Shown: piece after piece, positions 1 to 11,101 of the stretch | Layout of the letters: each line of letters starts with the position of its first letter | How positions within the stretch are numbered: the first letter of the stretch is position 1 | Assembly: GCA_026770705.1 (NCBI GenBank) | Contig: JANJGN010000013.1 | Location: forward strand, 91,636,001 to 91,700,000 | Source of the DNA: Isurus oxyrinchus | Taxonomy: Eukaryota | Direction: 5' to 3' | Length of the DNA stretch: 64,000 bases | The notes under the pieces: model-generated | Databases searched by the model: none | Told to the model about the DNA's origin: nothing | The model's input: only the letters and a program-made list of their open reading frames with translations | Translations under genes and position numbers: made by a program

Positions 1-99
1 TTGTGCCTGAAGCAGGAAACTAAACTGAGGGAAGGGGAAATGATGAGAGACATGCACCCAGGGACCCATAAAAGGAGTTGGATAATAGTCCAAACAGAG

Positions 100-720
100 C
101 CAATGAAATTTAATATATACACAAAAGTAATGGACAACACACTCTATGAATGGTGTAAAACTAGCCAGCATTAAAGGTTGAAAGCGATCTTGGGAGTGTT
201 AGCAGATTTGGTACTTAACATGTCAAGTCACTACAGAGAAGCAGTCATCGAAGCTGACAGAATGATGAACAATATTGCTAATTCAGTAGAGTGTAAGTCA
301 GGGGATATTATGCTGAAACTGTACAATGTTTTTGGTGACAATTGCATCTTGAGTACAATCACTGAGAGACCAATGAAATGTTCAAGCACTGGATCCATTC
401 CAGAGAACAGCCAGAATGAGGGGGGGATTGAGAGAAGCTGGTAATATTCAACCTTGAAAGATGGCAACAGAGAGGGGGCCTGAGAGAAGAATATATGAGA
501 TGAAGTGGTACTGGTAGGGCAAATCAGGGGAAACACTTCAAGATAAGGCAGCTGGAAAAGACCCACAAGTTCAAGCTGGCAAATTTAGGACTGTTGTTCA
601 GAAGAATTTTTCTATACAAGTAATCAACACTTGGAATAAACTTGCAAGTCGTGTAGTGGAGGATTTAGTTCTGGGTAATTTAAAAGCTAGTTAGGAGTTG
701 TAATGGGGAGGGGCAGAACA
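100..720 (+). mobile_element. Old CR1-like LINE 3' fragment
   Basis: Degenerate CR1 ORF2 C-terminus (178-444, ...IMLKLYNV...), then tttaggact...agaattttt...cttggaataaact typical of CR1 3' ends. Confidence 0.6.
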
Positions 721-734
721 TTTCATTTTTTAAA

Positions 735-1070
735 AATTAATTCTGGGGATATGGTGCTGTTAGCAGGAAGGGCATTTATTGTCCCACTCCTAGTTGCCCT
801 TGAGAAGATGGTGATGAACCACCTTCTTGAGCCCCTGCAGTCTGTGGAGTAAAGGTGCTGTAAATGTAAGTGGTTCCATGATTTTGACCAAGTGACGATG
901 AAGGAATAATGATAAGCATCCAAGTCAGGCAGTGTATGACTTGGAGGGGGGCTTGGAGGTGATCGGAGTTCCCATTCTGCTCATGCCATTGTTCTTCTAG
1001 GTGGTGGAGGTCAAGGTCTTGGGCGGTGCTGCTGAAAAAACTTTGTTAAATTGTTGCAGAGTTGCTGCCG
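735..1070 (-). mobile_element. 3' fragment of the LINE family at 49801-52880
   Basis: gcatttatt...ttgcccttgagaagatggtgatga...ttggagggg matches 49810-50130. Confidence 0.8.
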
Positions 1071-2369
1071 GTGAGGTAGATTGGTGGTGAGGAGGGCTGG
1101 ATGATGGGCAAAGCTAGCCTTCCTCACCTGTATTTTTCTTGTAATGTTAAGCATGAGTATAGGCAGCATTGGTGCTTATTCCAAGAAGGACTCATGCATC
1201 TTGAAGGTGGGACTATTGGATTATCACATCAAGATTTGGATTCAAATTTTTCCGCTTGTTAGGCTGGACTCAGATTGTGTTCATGAACTCCCTATGGTGT
1301 GGTTTCGGGTGTTGCAGAAGCTAGAACTGAGCTGTACAATTGAATTTGAAGTGTGCAGGTCAGACCCATTCTGGAATGATTTTACAGCTTATTGTGGAGT
1401 ATGTATTTTGGGGTCACAAAACATTTCCCAATGAAGAAACATGACCAAAAAAATCCTGAAAATGCCCTCTACCAATGTGGATCAGACAGCACCCAGATTC
1501 ATCATTCAGCTGAGGGGATCTTACACCTTACTTGGTAAACTGGGGTGATTAACTCCTAGGAACTGTAGCAACAGCAGTTGCTTGTAGATCAGCTTAAAGT
1601 GACAGATGATTAACACCACATGAGATGAAGTGAAGCGTTAATTATTGTTTTTCTGTATCTCTCCAGTTGAAAATGATGGTGCAATGCTGGAAGAAAGAAA
1701 ATTGAAAACATCTGGATGTTATCAAACAGTGTAAAGGATAAGGATTGAGGTGATATGGGACGTTACATTTTAAAATAAAAAAGTAAAACAACCTGGTTTT
1801 GAGCTTGTAGTTACCATCAAGCATAAAAATTTTTAATGAATTCATGGAACAAATTCATTAATAAATAACTAAGTGATCTACTTATGTTTCTACATTCATA
1901 AGTTTATTTAACTTCTAGAGTGGGAAGAAACGTTTGATATTATGCTAGCTTATCTGAAGCCAAAGAAGATGTAGAAATAGAATGGAGTCCAAACTCTTCG
2001 AGTGGCAGTGTTCACAGTTACGCCCAGACGCTGCAAGAGGTTTCCACATTCGCCTATTTAGAGGCAAAAACACATCATCTCACTGGGTGTATGGCCTCCA
2101 TTTTTACACTGAGCCCCAGCTGAACGACTGGAGCAGGAACTCCAATGTGGAGCAGACATTGAACATTGGCGACACAGTTGGAATTGCTGGCCCATTTTGG
2201 CCTGTACATGTAATGGTATTATCAACAGTAATATTAGGAAACATCAGAATGATTTGCAATGTGCGCCGGTCAAAGCAGAGGCTATAATATCATATAAAAG
2301 GGAATAAAGGGATACAATAAAAGGGCAGCAAAATAGAATTAGGGTAGTAGGCCTCATTAAGGAAATGAA

Positions 2370-2735
2370 TGACTTGCACACAGGGTCATTCATGACTTCA
2401 GGATGTCCCAAATTGCTTCATAACCAATGATAGGTCAGCAGGAAACAGCAGCTAACTTGTACGCTCACAAATAGTAATTAAATATTAAATTATCTGTCTT
2501 AACTGGAGGGTAAACATTGGCGAGGTCATCAGGGACAACTACCCTGCTGTTAGTTGTAGGCTGGGCATCTTGATTTAACATCTCATCCAAAAGATAGCAG
2601 CTCTGACAATGCAGCATTCCCTCAATACTGTATTGAACAGTCAAGAACTAGTCAAGTCCCTGGGATCGAGCTTAAAGTCATAACCTCCTGATTCAGAGGT
2701 TATTCTGCTACTCACTAAACCAAGGCTGATGCAAA
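2370..2735 (-). mobile_element. DeuSINE (SacSINE1-like) SINE, degenerate
   Basis: Reverse-complement similarity to the copy at 25305-25870 (aggatgtcccaaa..., catctcatccaaaagatagcagctctgacaatgcagcattccctca). Confidence 0.7.
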
Positions 2736-4649
2736 CTTGAAGAGCTAGTTTCTGCTGTAATACTATGCAGTTATCCCTTTCATTCTACGCAAAAGTACGT
2801 TAAAGATACTTCAATTTAACAGAATGACTGTTGGTCCTAAATTCAGTGTTAGCTCATCTCTCAGCTTTGACATTTTCAACGAAGAACAACAACCTTGAAA
2901 AGTAAATAATATTGGCACCCATTCTGGCAGACGCTGGCATAGCAGTGTCACGAGAAAAGATAAAGTGTCTCTCAGCATTTGAGTTGCTAAGCCACTTAAT
3001 CAGATGAGAAAGACCCACATTTTGTCCTGTCACTCGATATAGCAGAAAGCAACTGGGCACTAATTCAGGCAACCACTGTTGATACTATCAAGCTATAATA
3101 TGATTTCCATTCAACATTGTAGTGTACCTAGGCAGGAATCATGCACATAGTCAACTAATTAATGAAGCTGTGACAGTCTGAAATACAAACTGAGACGTTC
3201 CATCTTATATTTGCCACAGTTGTATAGCTTGCGAGTAACATGCAGCAATCAGCTGTATAACAATATCACTACAGCTTTCCATCCAGAGGAAGCTTCCCCT
3301 TTCTCTAGATACAGGCTTTAAAATTTCAAGCGTATTTTCCGCTTGACTAAGCTACGCTAATTAAATGGGAGTTGTCACACACTGTGGGTCCATCTGCCTA
3401 ATGATAGTGTCATCTGAGTGTTATAGTGAGAACGCCACACGTGCTGTGGCATGAGAAACCAATCTGATGCTTCTCTGAGAAGTATCTGATAAGACTGATC
3501 TCTTGCACAGCAGATGAAAACTAAGGAAAGCAGGAGGCAAATCACATTTCATTAATAGGTTGGCAATGTTCCATTATGCTCACCACACATGTGCTGGGTA
3601 AAACTGATAAAAGAGGCAGTTGTTTCAAGCTTGGTGCAGGCTGTGAAACATATGAAAATTTTTGCCCTTATCTTGGCAGCTTCAGTTTCTAGTCTATTGG
3701 GGCCCACGCTTATCCAGCTATGTTGTGTCAAAACTTGTTTATTGCCATAAAATATCATCCTGCTTGTATATTATAGTTCCCCTTCAGACGCAATACAAAA
3801 TCTACTTTGTCTGTATATACATCTGAAAGACAGCAATTAAAGTCATTACATTCTCACTCAACCTGGGTGTGAATTCCTGATCTATAAATCTTTTTTTTCC
3901 CCAATTCCTTTTCTGCCCACATACATTTTGAAACTTCATTCTTTCTAGGCAGTCAGCCCCTCCAGACCTGCTTCTCACTCGTAGCCTCCCAATATTTCTG
4001 CAATGCTTTCCTTCTCATTTTTCTACCTTACCACCCAGTCTCTTGAATATTAATTTAATTCCACTGGTTTATTCCAGGCACAGTTCCAATTCTCTTTTAC
4101 TGGATTCAAAAGGCTAATTTTTCACATTCCTTTTGCTCTTCCAGCATGAGCGAGATTATCAGTGTTGCTGTTCTGCACGTCATTGATGGAGATTCAAATG
4201 AAGCCAGTAAATTTTAGCAAGTAAGGTCTGAAAGAATTCAAACTCAAACCACCCCATCTGTCTACCTATCCAAAACACATCAATGTGCAATCAGTAATAT
4301 ATTTTGTGCATATTTTAATGTGACAAGATTAGTCATTGAATGTCAATCCAAGGACTCAATCTGCTTTCCAGGGCTGCATCAAGAGTTCCTCAATTAATTA
4401 CAAGTGATCCTCCATTGATGATCAGTGCAAATATATTCAGTATGTGCAACCTGCAAAACAAAACCTTTCTTGCATTCCCTCTCACACTCCTGGCCCCTCT
4501 CTTTCCCCTGCTCACACTCTCTCTTTCTTACACCCCTTGCACCCACTCCTATCCTCACCCTTATTCGCACTTTGCAGTACGCTGATTGGGCCACAGCTCG
4601 AATACTGTATCTGAGGAACACAAGAGACCTTCAAGCAATGGGGCTGATT

Positions 4650-4905
4650 ATATAGAATTGACAGCACAGAAACAATCCATTCAACCCTACTGGTCTGCTT
4701 GGTGTGTATGCTCCACATGGGCCTCCTCCAATCCCTGCATCTAACCCTACTTGCATATGCTCTATGCTCCCTCATGTGCTTATATCTTCCCCTTAAATGC
4801 ATCTGTGCCATTTGCCTCAACTGTTCCATGTGATAGTGAGCTCCCCTTTCTGGGCAAGGAAGTTTCATCAAAATCCCTTGTTAGATTTATTAGTGACTAT
4901 CTTAT
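4650..4905 (-). mobile_element. CR1 3' tail fragment
   Basis: Similar to 34493-34591 plus 36790-37010, and to the reverse complement of 57262-57500. Confidence 0.65.
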
Positions 4906-5639
4906 ATCTGCGGTGTTCAATTTTGAGTTACAAGGACCAAGCAGGGAGGTTTGGGCTTTTCAACATGGAAAGGAGATACCCAAGAGAAAAATCTAGGATT
5001 GATAACAGAAGGCTCTTCTTCAAACAGTGAATGAGTGGACTGTGAGCAGAGTGATGGAGGGAAAAAAACCCTGGGATCAATTCAAGAGTTCATAGGGATG
5101 GTGTGGATGGATTGATAGGTTAAAATGGGCTGAAAGGCCTTCCTCAGCCATTAAGTACCTTTTGATTACAAACTGTAAGAATCAACCCTAACTCCAGAAA
5201 AGTTCGGAAAATTCCCCCCCTTCTTTCCTGATGCCAGAGGTGAAGTAACTCCTGCCCACCGGCAATGCTAAATCCTCTCAATTTTCACAGTTAAATACAT
5301 CGAAATGTTGTATAGATTGCAGCAGGGTATAGAGGAAACAAATACTGACATGACCCTAGAACAATGTGAATGTCGTTTTCTCAGACGGTCTGCAACGGAT
5401 CTTTGATCTGTGTGGTTACAGATATCAGATCCACATTCTTTCAGCTGCTTCCCGTTTCTTTCTGCAATGGTTTCCCCCAAGATGTCATCAATGAGCCCAA
5501 CCGATGCTGGCAACATTTCAAAATGTCAATTCGTCTCACAAAAGTTGAACCCGACAAACGTTTTTGTCTTTCCATTTTAAAAAGAAGCGGCATTGCCATC
5601 AAGGATTTTTTAAAAAAAATTTAGCAAGCTGGAACTTGT

Positions 5640-5830
5640 TGCTCTAAACAAAACGTCCGCCACATATTTGGAAAATCTAAAAACTGAGATCGCTAGATTT
5701 TTGTTAGGCAGGGGTATTAACGGTTATGGAAAAGCGGTGGGCAAATGAAGCTAAGATACAGATCAGCCATGGTCTAGCTGAATGGTGGAACTAGCTTGAG
5801 AAGCTGCAAGGTTTCCTCCTATTATATTTG
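5640..5830 (+). mobile_element. CR1 3' tail fragment
   Basis: gagatcgctagatttttgttagg...gatcagccatggtctagctgaatggtggaac is a typical CR1 3' UTR. Confidence 0.6.
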
Positions 5831-6465
5831 CATCCTCCAAGTTCATCACAACCCTTATAATGCTGGTGTTCCTGAAGAGGTTATCTCCCCTAGAGTGATT
5901 TTCTCCTCATCTTCTTCACGTCCCCTCAATGAAGTGTTCTTCCAGTTCTTTATCCAAGCATTCATTCTTCTCTTGAACAACAAAGTGAGGCAGCTTACTT
6001 AGACAAGGAAGTGCCGTAACCAAGGCCAAATCTGCCCTTGGCCAGCACAGGCGCTGTCTCTATAGAGAGACCACTGGATAGTGATGGGAAGTGGGAACCT
6101 AGCTCAAAATTTTCCCAACTCTGAAACTTGGAATACCCTTCTCCGCCAGAAATCAGCTAACTCAAGGCAAACCAGGCATGGAATCCAGAGCCTCCTGGTC
6201 GAGAAAGCTCAGGATCATGTTGGCCAGTGAATCTCCCCATTATTGAGGAGGCCCACATGAGTTTCTTGAAAATATAGTGAGAGAAACGTCAAACTTTGTG
6301 GACACAGCTCCTGCCCCTGCCAATGAATCTCAACCTGATTTTCCTTCTCATTAATGCCAATGGAAGGAAATATTGAGCGGGGGATATAATGGGCAGCAGC
6401 TGATTCACTAGCATCTATTCTAACAAGCCTCCAAAGTAGAAAGGTCCAGCAACTGTTTCTAACAA

Positions 6466-8475
6466 ATGGCAATAGGCTTAGCAGCACTGGGCAGAGGCAT
6501 CGCAATCAGGTTCTTCTTGTCTCCTGTCACAAGGCTGTTCCCGTCACCGATCCTGTTCCCGTCGCCGCCCCAGCTCCCGTCACCGATACTGTTCCCATCA
6601 CCGCCCCAGCTCCCGTCACTCACCGATCCTGTTCCTGTCACCGCCCCAGCTCCCGTCACTCACCGATCCTGTTCCCGTCACCGCCCCAGCTCCCATCACC
6701 GATCCTGTTCCCGTCGCCGCCCCAGCTCCCATCACCGATCCTGCTCCCGTCACCAGGCTGCTCCCATCACCAATCCTGTTCCCGTCAACAATCCTGTTCC
6801 TGTCACCGATCCAGCTCCCATCACCGATCCAGCTCCCTTTACCGATCCAGCTCCTGTCACCGATCCAGCTCCCATCACCGATCCAGCTCCCTTTACCGAT
6901 CCAGCTCCCGTCTCCAGTCCAGCTCCCGTCACCCTGCCAGCTCCCGTCACCGATCCAGCTCCCATCACCGATCCAGCTCCCTTTACCGATCCAGCTCCCG
7001 TCTCCAATCCAGCTCCCGTCACCCTCCCAGCTCCCGTCACCGATCCAGCTCCCATCACTGGTCCAGCTCCCTTTACCGATCCAGCTCCCGTCTCCAATCC
7101 AGCTCCCGTCACCCTCCCAGCTCCCGTCTCCGATCCTGCTCCCATCACCCTCCCAGCTCCCGTCACCGATCCAGCTCCCATCACTGATCCTGCTCTCGTC
7201 ACCGATCCAGCTCCCGTCACCCTCCCAGCTCCCATCACCGATCCAGCTCCCTTTACCGATCCAGCTCCCGTCTCCAATCCAGCTCCCGTCTCCAATCCAG
7301 CTCCCGTCACCCTCCCAGCTTCCGTCTCCGATCCTGCTCCCGTCACCGATCCAGCTCCCGTCACTGATCCTGCTCTCGTCACCGATCCAGCTCCCGTCAC
7401 CCTCCCAGCTCCCGTCACCGATCCTGCTCCCGTCACTGATCCTGCTCCCATCACCGATCCAGCTCCCGTCACCCTCCCAGCTCCCGTCACCGATCCAGCT
7501 CCCGTCTCCAATCCAGCTCCCGTCTCCAATCCAGCTCCCGTCACCCTCCCAGCTTCCGTCTCCGATCCTGCTCCCGTCACCGATCCAGCTCCCGTCACTG
7601 ATCCTGCTCTCGTCACCGATCCAGCTCCCGTCACCCTCCCAGCTCCCGTCACCGATCCTGCTCCCGTCACTGATCCTGCTCCCATCACCGATCCAGCTCC
7701 CGTCACCCTCCCAGCTCCCGTCACCGATCCAGCTCCCGTCTCCAATCCAGCTCCCGTCACCCTCCCAGCTCCAGTCTCCGATCCTGCTCCCATCACCCTC
7801 CCAGCTCCCATCACCGATCCAGCTCCCGTCACTGATCCTGCTCTCATCACCGATCCAGCTCCCGTCACCCTCCCAGCTCCCGTCACCGATCCAGCTCCCG
7901 TCACTGATCCTGCTCCCGTCACCAATCCAGTTCCCGTCACCCTCCCAGCTCCCGTCACCGATCCAGTTCCCGTCACCCTCCCAGCTCCCGTCACCGATCC
8001 AGCTCCCATCACCCTCCCAGCTCCCGTCACCCTCCCAGCTCCCGTCACCGATCCAGCTCCCGTCACCCTCCCAGCTCCCGTCACCGATCCAGCTCCCGTC
8101 AGTGATCCAGCTCCCGTCACCCTCCCAGCTCCCGTCTCCAATCCTGCTCCCGTCACCCTCCCAGCTCTTGTCATCGATCCAGTTCCCGTCACCCTCCCAG
8201 CTCCCGTCACCGATCCAGCTCCCGTCACCCTCCCAGCTCCCGTCACCGATCCAGCTCCCGTCACTGATCCAGCTCCCGTCACCCTCCCAGCTCCCGTCTC
8301 CAATCCTGCTCCCGTCACCCTCCCAGCTCCCGTCACCCTTCCAGCTCCCGTCACCCTCCCAGCTCTCGTCACCCTCCCAGCTCCCGTCATCGATCCAGTT
8401 CCCGTCACCCTCCCAGCTCCCGTCACCGATCCAGCTCCCGTCACCCTCCCAGCTCCAGTCACTGTGCTGTTCTAA
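6466..8475 (+). CDS. Repeat-derived ORF (669 aa, PAPVTD/PAPVTL repeats); probably not a real gene
   Basis: ORF track. It changes repeat reading frame several times in the 5' part, has no recognisable domain, and the minus strand is also open (6750-8462). Confidence 0.12.
   Translation: MAIGLAALGRGIAIRFFLSPVTRLFPSPILFPSPPQLPSPILFPSPPQLPSLTDPVPVTAPAPVTHRSCSRHRPSSHHRSCSRRRPSSHHRSCSRHQAAPITNPVPVNNPVPVTDPAPITDPAPFTDPAPVTDPAPITDPAPFTDPAPVSSPAPVTLPAPVTDPAPITDPAPFTDPAPVSNPAPVTLPAPVTDPAPITGPAPFTDPAPVSNPAPVTLPAPVSDPAPITLPAPVTDPAPITDPALVTDPAPVTLPAPITDPAPFTDPAPVSNPAPVSNPAPVTLPASVSDPAPVTDPAPVTDPALVTDPAPVTLPAPVTDPAPVTDPAPITDPAPVTLPAPVTDPAPVSNPAPVSNPAPVTLPASVSDPAPVTDPAPVTDPALVTDPAPVTLPAPVTDPAPVTDPAPITDPAPVTLPAPVTDPAPVSNPAPVTLPAPVSDPAPITLPAPITDPAPVTDPALITDPAPVTLPAPVTDPAPVTDPAPVTNPVPVTLPAPVTDPVPVTLPAPVTDPAPITLPAPVTLPAPVTDPAPVTLPAPVTDPAPVSDPAPVTLPAPVSNPAPVTLPALVIDPVPVTLPAPVTDPAPVTLPAPVTDPAPVTDPAPVTLPAPVSNPAPVTLPAPVTLPAPVTLPALVTLPAPVIDPVPVTLPAPVTDPAPVTLPAPVTVLF
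6536..8463 (+). repeat. 18-bp minisatellite, roughly 105 units, consensus CCAGCTCCCGTCACC(GAT/CTC)
   Basis: Tandem units visible directly. Degenerate 5' part with occasional longer units. A 13-unit block is duplicated at 7261-7494 and 7495-7728. Confidence 0.98.
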
Positions 8476-9273
8476 TCATTTTCCGTTATCAATTCTTTCC
8501 TCTCTCTGTACTGACCCAATCAAAATAGTCTGATAAGATAATTGCCTTTGTATTTTTGTGACCATACTCATTCAGACTGAAGAATAAGAAATACTTACTT
8601 GTTACGCAAAGTCTATGGTAAAACATATCAGCACGTTTGGAATGCCATGGGTCAGATGCAAGGTTAATCCTCCCCTGAACGCAGATTTGGACAATACATT
8701 TTCACCCCCTCCCTCTCTCCGCCACTGCCCCCCACCCCTCACAGACCCACCTTACACACATCATGATTTGACAATGCTGAATGTAAATCGTAAGTGTTGA
8801 TGGTCTTGGATCGGGAAAGCTGACTTAAGCATTTAACTCATTATACAGCCAAGTCTCACTATCATTCTGTTCATAAGTGTTTAATGCAGCTCGATAATAT
8901 TGATTCTGAAACGTGCATGACAGAGAAAATTTGATAAAAATCTAGATGGAATGAGACATGATGGTTTTACATTGATAAAAGTGGTTTCACGAGTTTGTTC
9001 ATTAGAAAGGCCAATTCTTCATGTTTACCCCATATCCCATACCCCAACCGTAAAAGGAATTGCAACCATCATCTAAAATGCAATTAATCTGTAACATGAT
9101 TTGATTGCAAAATTATATGACGTCAACCACGTAACATTCAAAATTCAGAACTTTAAGAAGTGCAGGGTGATCTGTTGTATTTTACATTGTCTGCACATTT
9201 GATCTCATTGTTAATCACTTCTGACAACTCAAAAGATCCTTGAGTTTACTTGCAATAAGCACTGAATTGCATA

Positions 9274-9498
9274 AAAACAAAAAATGCGGATGCTGGAAAT
9301 CCAAAACAAAAACAGAATTACCTGGAAAAACTCAGCAGGTCTGGCAGCATCAGCGGAGAAGAAAAGAATTGACGTTTCGAGTCCTCATGACCCTTCAACA
9401 GAACAGAACCCTTCTGTGGAAGGATCATGAGGACTCGAAACGTCAACTCTTTTATTCTCCGCCGATGCTGCCAGACCTGCTGAGTTTTTCCAGGTAAT
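9274..9498. mobile_element. Palindromic Penelope-like (Neptune-type) terminal-repeat insertion with 13-bp TSD
   Basis: Inverted arms 9317-9403 and 9412-9498; direct repeat ACTGAATTGCATA at 9261-9273 and 9499-9511. Confidence 0.9.
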
Positions 9499-9534
9499 AC
9501 TGAATTGCATAGTTTAGCTTTAATAATTTGCTTC

Positions 9535-9778
9535 TAGGAGTTACCAATTTTGATTGAGTGGATTGTTGGACATTTGCGTCATCTGACCTACCGACTCCGA
9601 CCATCTCCAATATTCTTATAACTAATAGTCCAAAATGGTCAAAGACAATAAAACGAAAACATAATTTTATTCTAAGGCCCTTCCAACCTTTCTCCCGGGT
9701 TGCTTACTGCTGTGTCCAGAAGGTTAATCTTTAAATTGTGGAGACTCCAGGACGAACCTGGAAATGTTGGCAACCCTA
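9535..9778. mobile_element. Possible hAT-like MITE
   Basis: Right end TTGGCAACCCTA (reverse complement TAGGGTTGCCAA), left end degenerate TAGGAGTTACCAA; no clear TSD. Confidence 0.4.
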
Positions 9779-10179
9779 TTTTTATGCGCTAAAGTTACAC
9801 CTTGCTAAACAGTTTACATTTGCAGGCAGGAAAATGCTATCAACCCACAAGATAGATGCAAGAAATTAATGGGCCGGAAATGGACTAATACAAATGGTGT
9901 CCTGTACAAACAGACGCCTTCAGCTTTCAACCATTCCCTTTCAATACACGCCTCATTAACTCTTCCTATTAAACCTATTAGTATGTTACCACGAAGAATC
10001 TTTACACAGTGAAGCCTGAGTGCTGTTTACTATCACATGCCTACGGAAAGTTTTGAGAAAGTGATGCCTGGATCCTTGTAACATCTTCTCCGATATATGA
10101 TCATCAGATCGTTCATTTACTTTGTCTTGGACAAGCAGTTCATTAGAGCCAAAAACACACCTGACCAAATGGGTATTTT

Positions 10180-10385
10180 AGAATCATAGAATAATACTGC
10201 ACAGGAGGCCATTCGGCCCCCCCTTTGAAAGAGTCACATTTACTTGCCCTTTCCTCCATAGCCATGCAAGTATTTTCCTGTTCAAGTATTTATTTAATTC
10301 CCTATTGAATCTGCTTTCACCATCCTTCCAGGTAGTGTATCCCAGATCATCATAACTCGCAGTGTTAAGAAAAATCTCCTCAGCT
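10180..10385 (-). mobile_element. CR1 3' tail fragment
   Basis: tagaatcatagaa...ggaggccattcggccc...ttgaatctgctttcaccatccttccaggtagtgtatcccagatcat. Confidence 0.7.
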
Positions 10386-10704
10386 CATCGCGCGTTTCTT
10401 TTTCTCTATTTGTCCTCTATTTTCCTCAATTGAATGTTTTGGGAAAAAAATGGTTGAATAAAATGGTGGCAATACCTGTGTGTCACCAGTGGAAACTGCT
10501 AATACGAACATACACATTAACTAGGAGCAGGAGTTGGCAACCCAGCCCTCGAGCCTGCTCTGCCATTCAATAAAATCGTGGCTGATTTGACTGTAGCTTC
10601 GCGTCTACCCTGGTTTATGACATGCTTGCATTTGGAGCTTTTTTGACAATTTCTCTGACTCCAAAAAAGGCTTGGCAGCATTACCCAATCAAGAAAACAA
10701 GAAC

Positions 10705-11000
10705 GAACTTGCATTTATATGGCAGCATCTAACTCAGAGCATCCCAAGAGGACTTTTGAAGTGTAGCCATTCCGGGAAACACAGTGGCCAACTTGTGTGC
10801 CCATGAACAATGTGATAAATGAACAGATCATCTGTTCTCATGACTTTAGGTTGATGGATAAATATTGTCCAGGATACAGAGGAGAACTCCACTGCTCTAC
10901 TTTGAAATGTGGCAGTGGAGGGCAATCCATCTGTGATGCCAGGCGGTCCCTCAGGTTAACATCTCATCTGAAAGATTGCATTTCCAATGGTGCAGCACTC
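10705..11000 (-). mobile_element. DeuSINE (SacSINE1-like) SINE
   Basis: acttgcatttatat tail plus aacatctcatctgaaaga...gtgcagcactcc core, as in other copies. Confidence 0.7.
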
Positions 11001-11101
11001 CAATTCCATTTTCCTTGTTCATGTATAACTCCAGCTACTCCCTTGATCCCACCAATGTCAGTTGTACTAGGGTTCCTTGTTGTCACCATTACATTGCCCC
11101 T

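Noticed and set aside
6536-8463. CRISPR-like array
   Set aside because: Head-to-tail 18-bp units with no unique spacers, no cas genes, and a vertebrate context.
8102-8533. 143-aa PSPSQL ORF
   Set aside because: Alternative frame of the minisatellite.
8599-8675. Possible minus-strand exon ending in GTAAGT next to the minisatellite
   Set aside because: Poor polypyrimidine tract and unrecognised peptide; no evidence it splices into the repeat ORF.
9118-9125. Three perfect CRE palindromes TGACGTCA (9118, 13190, 57755) as a coordinated signal
   Set aside because: Widely scattered 8-mers, and the count is too low to separate from chance by eye.
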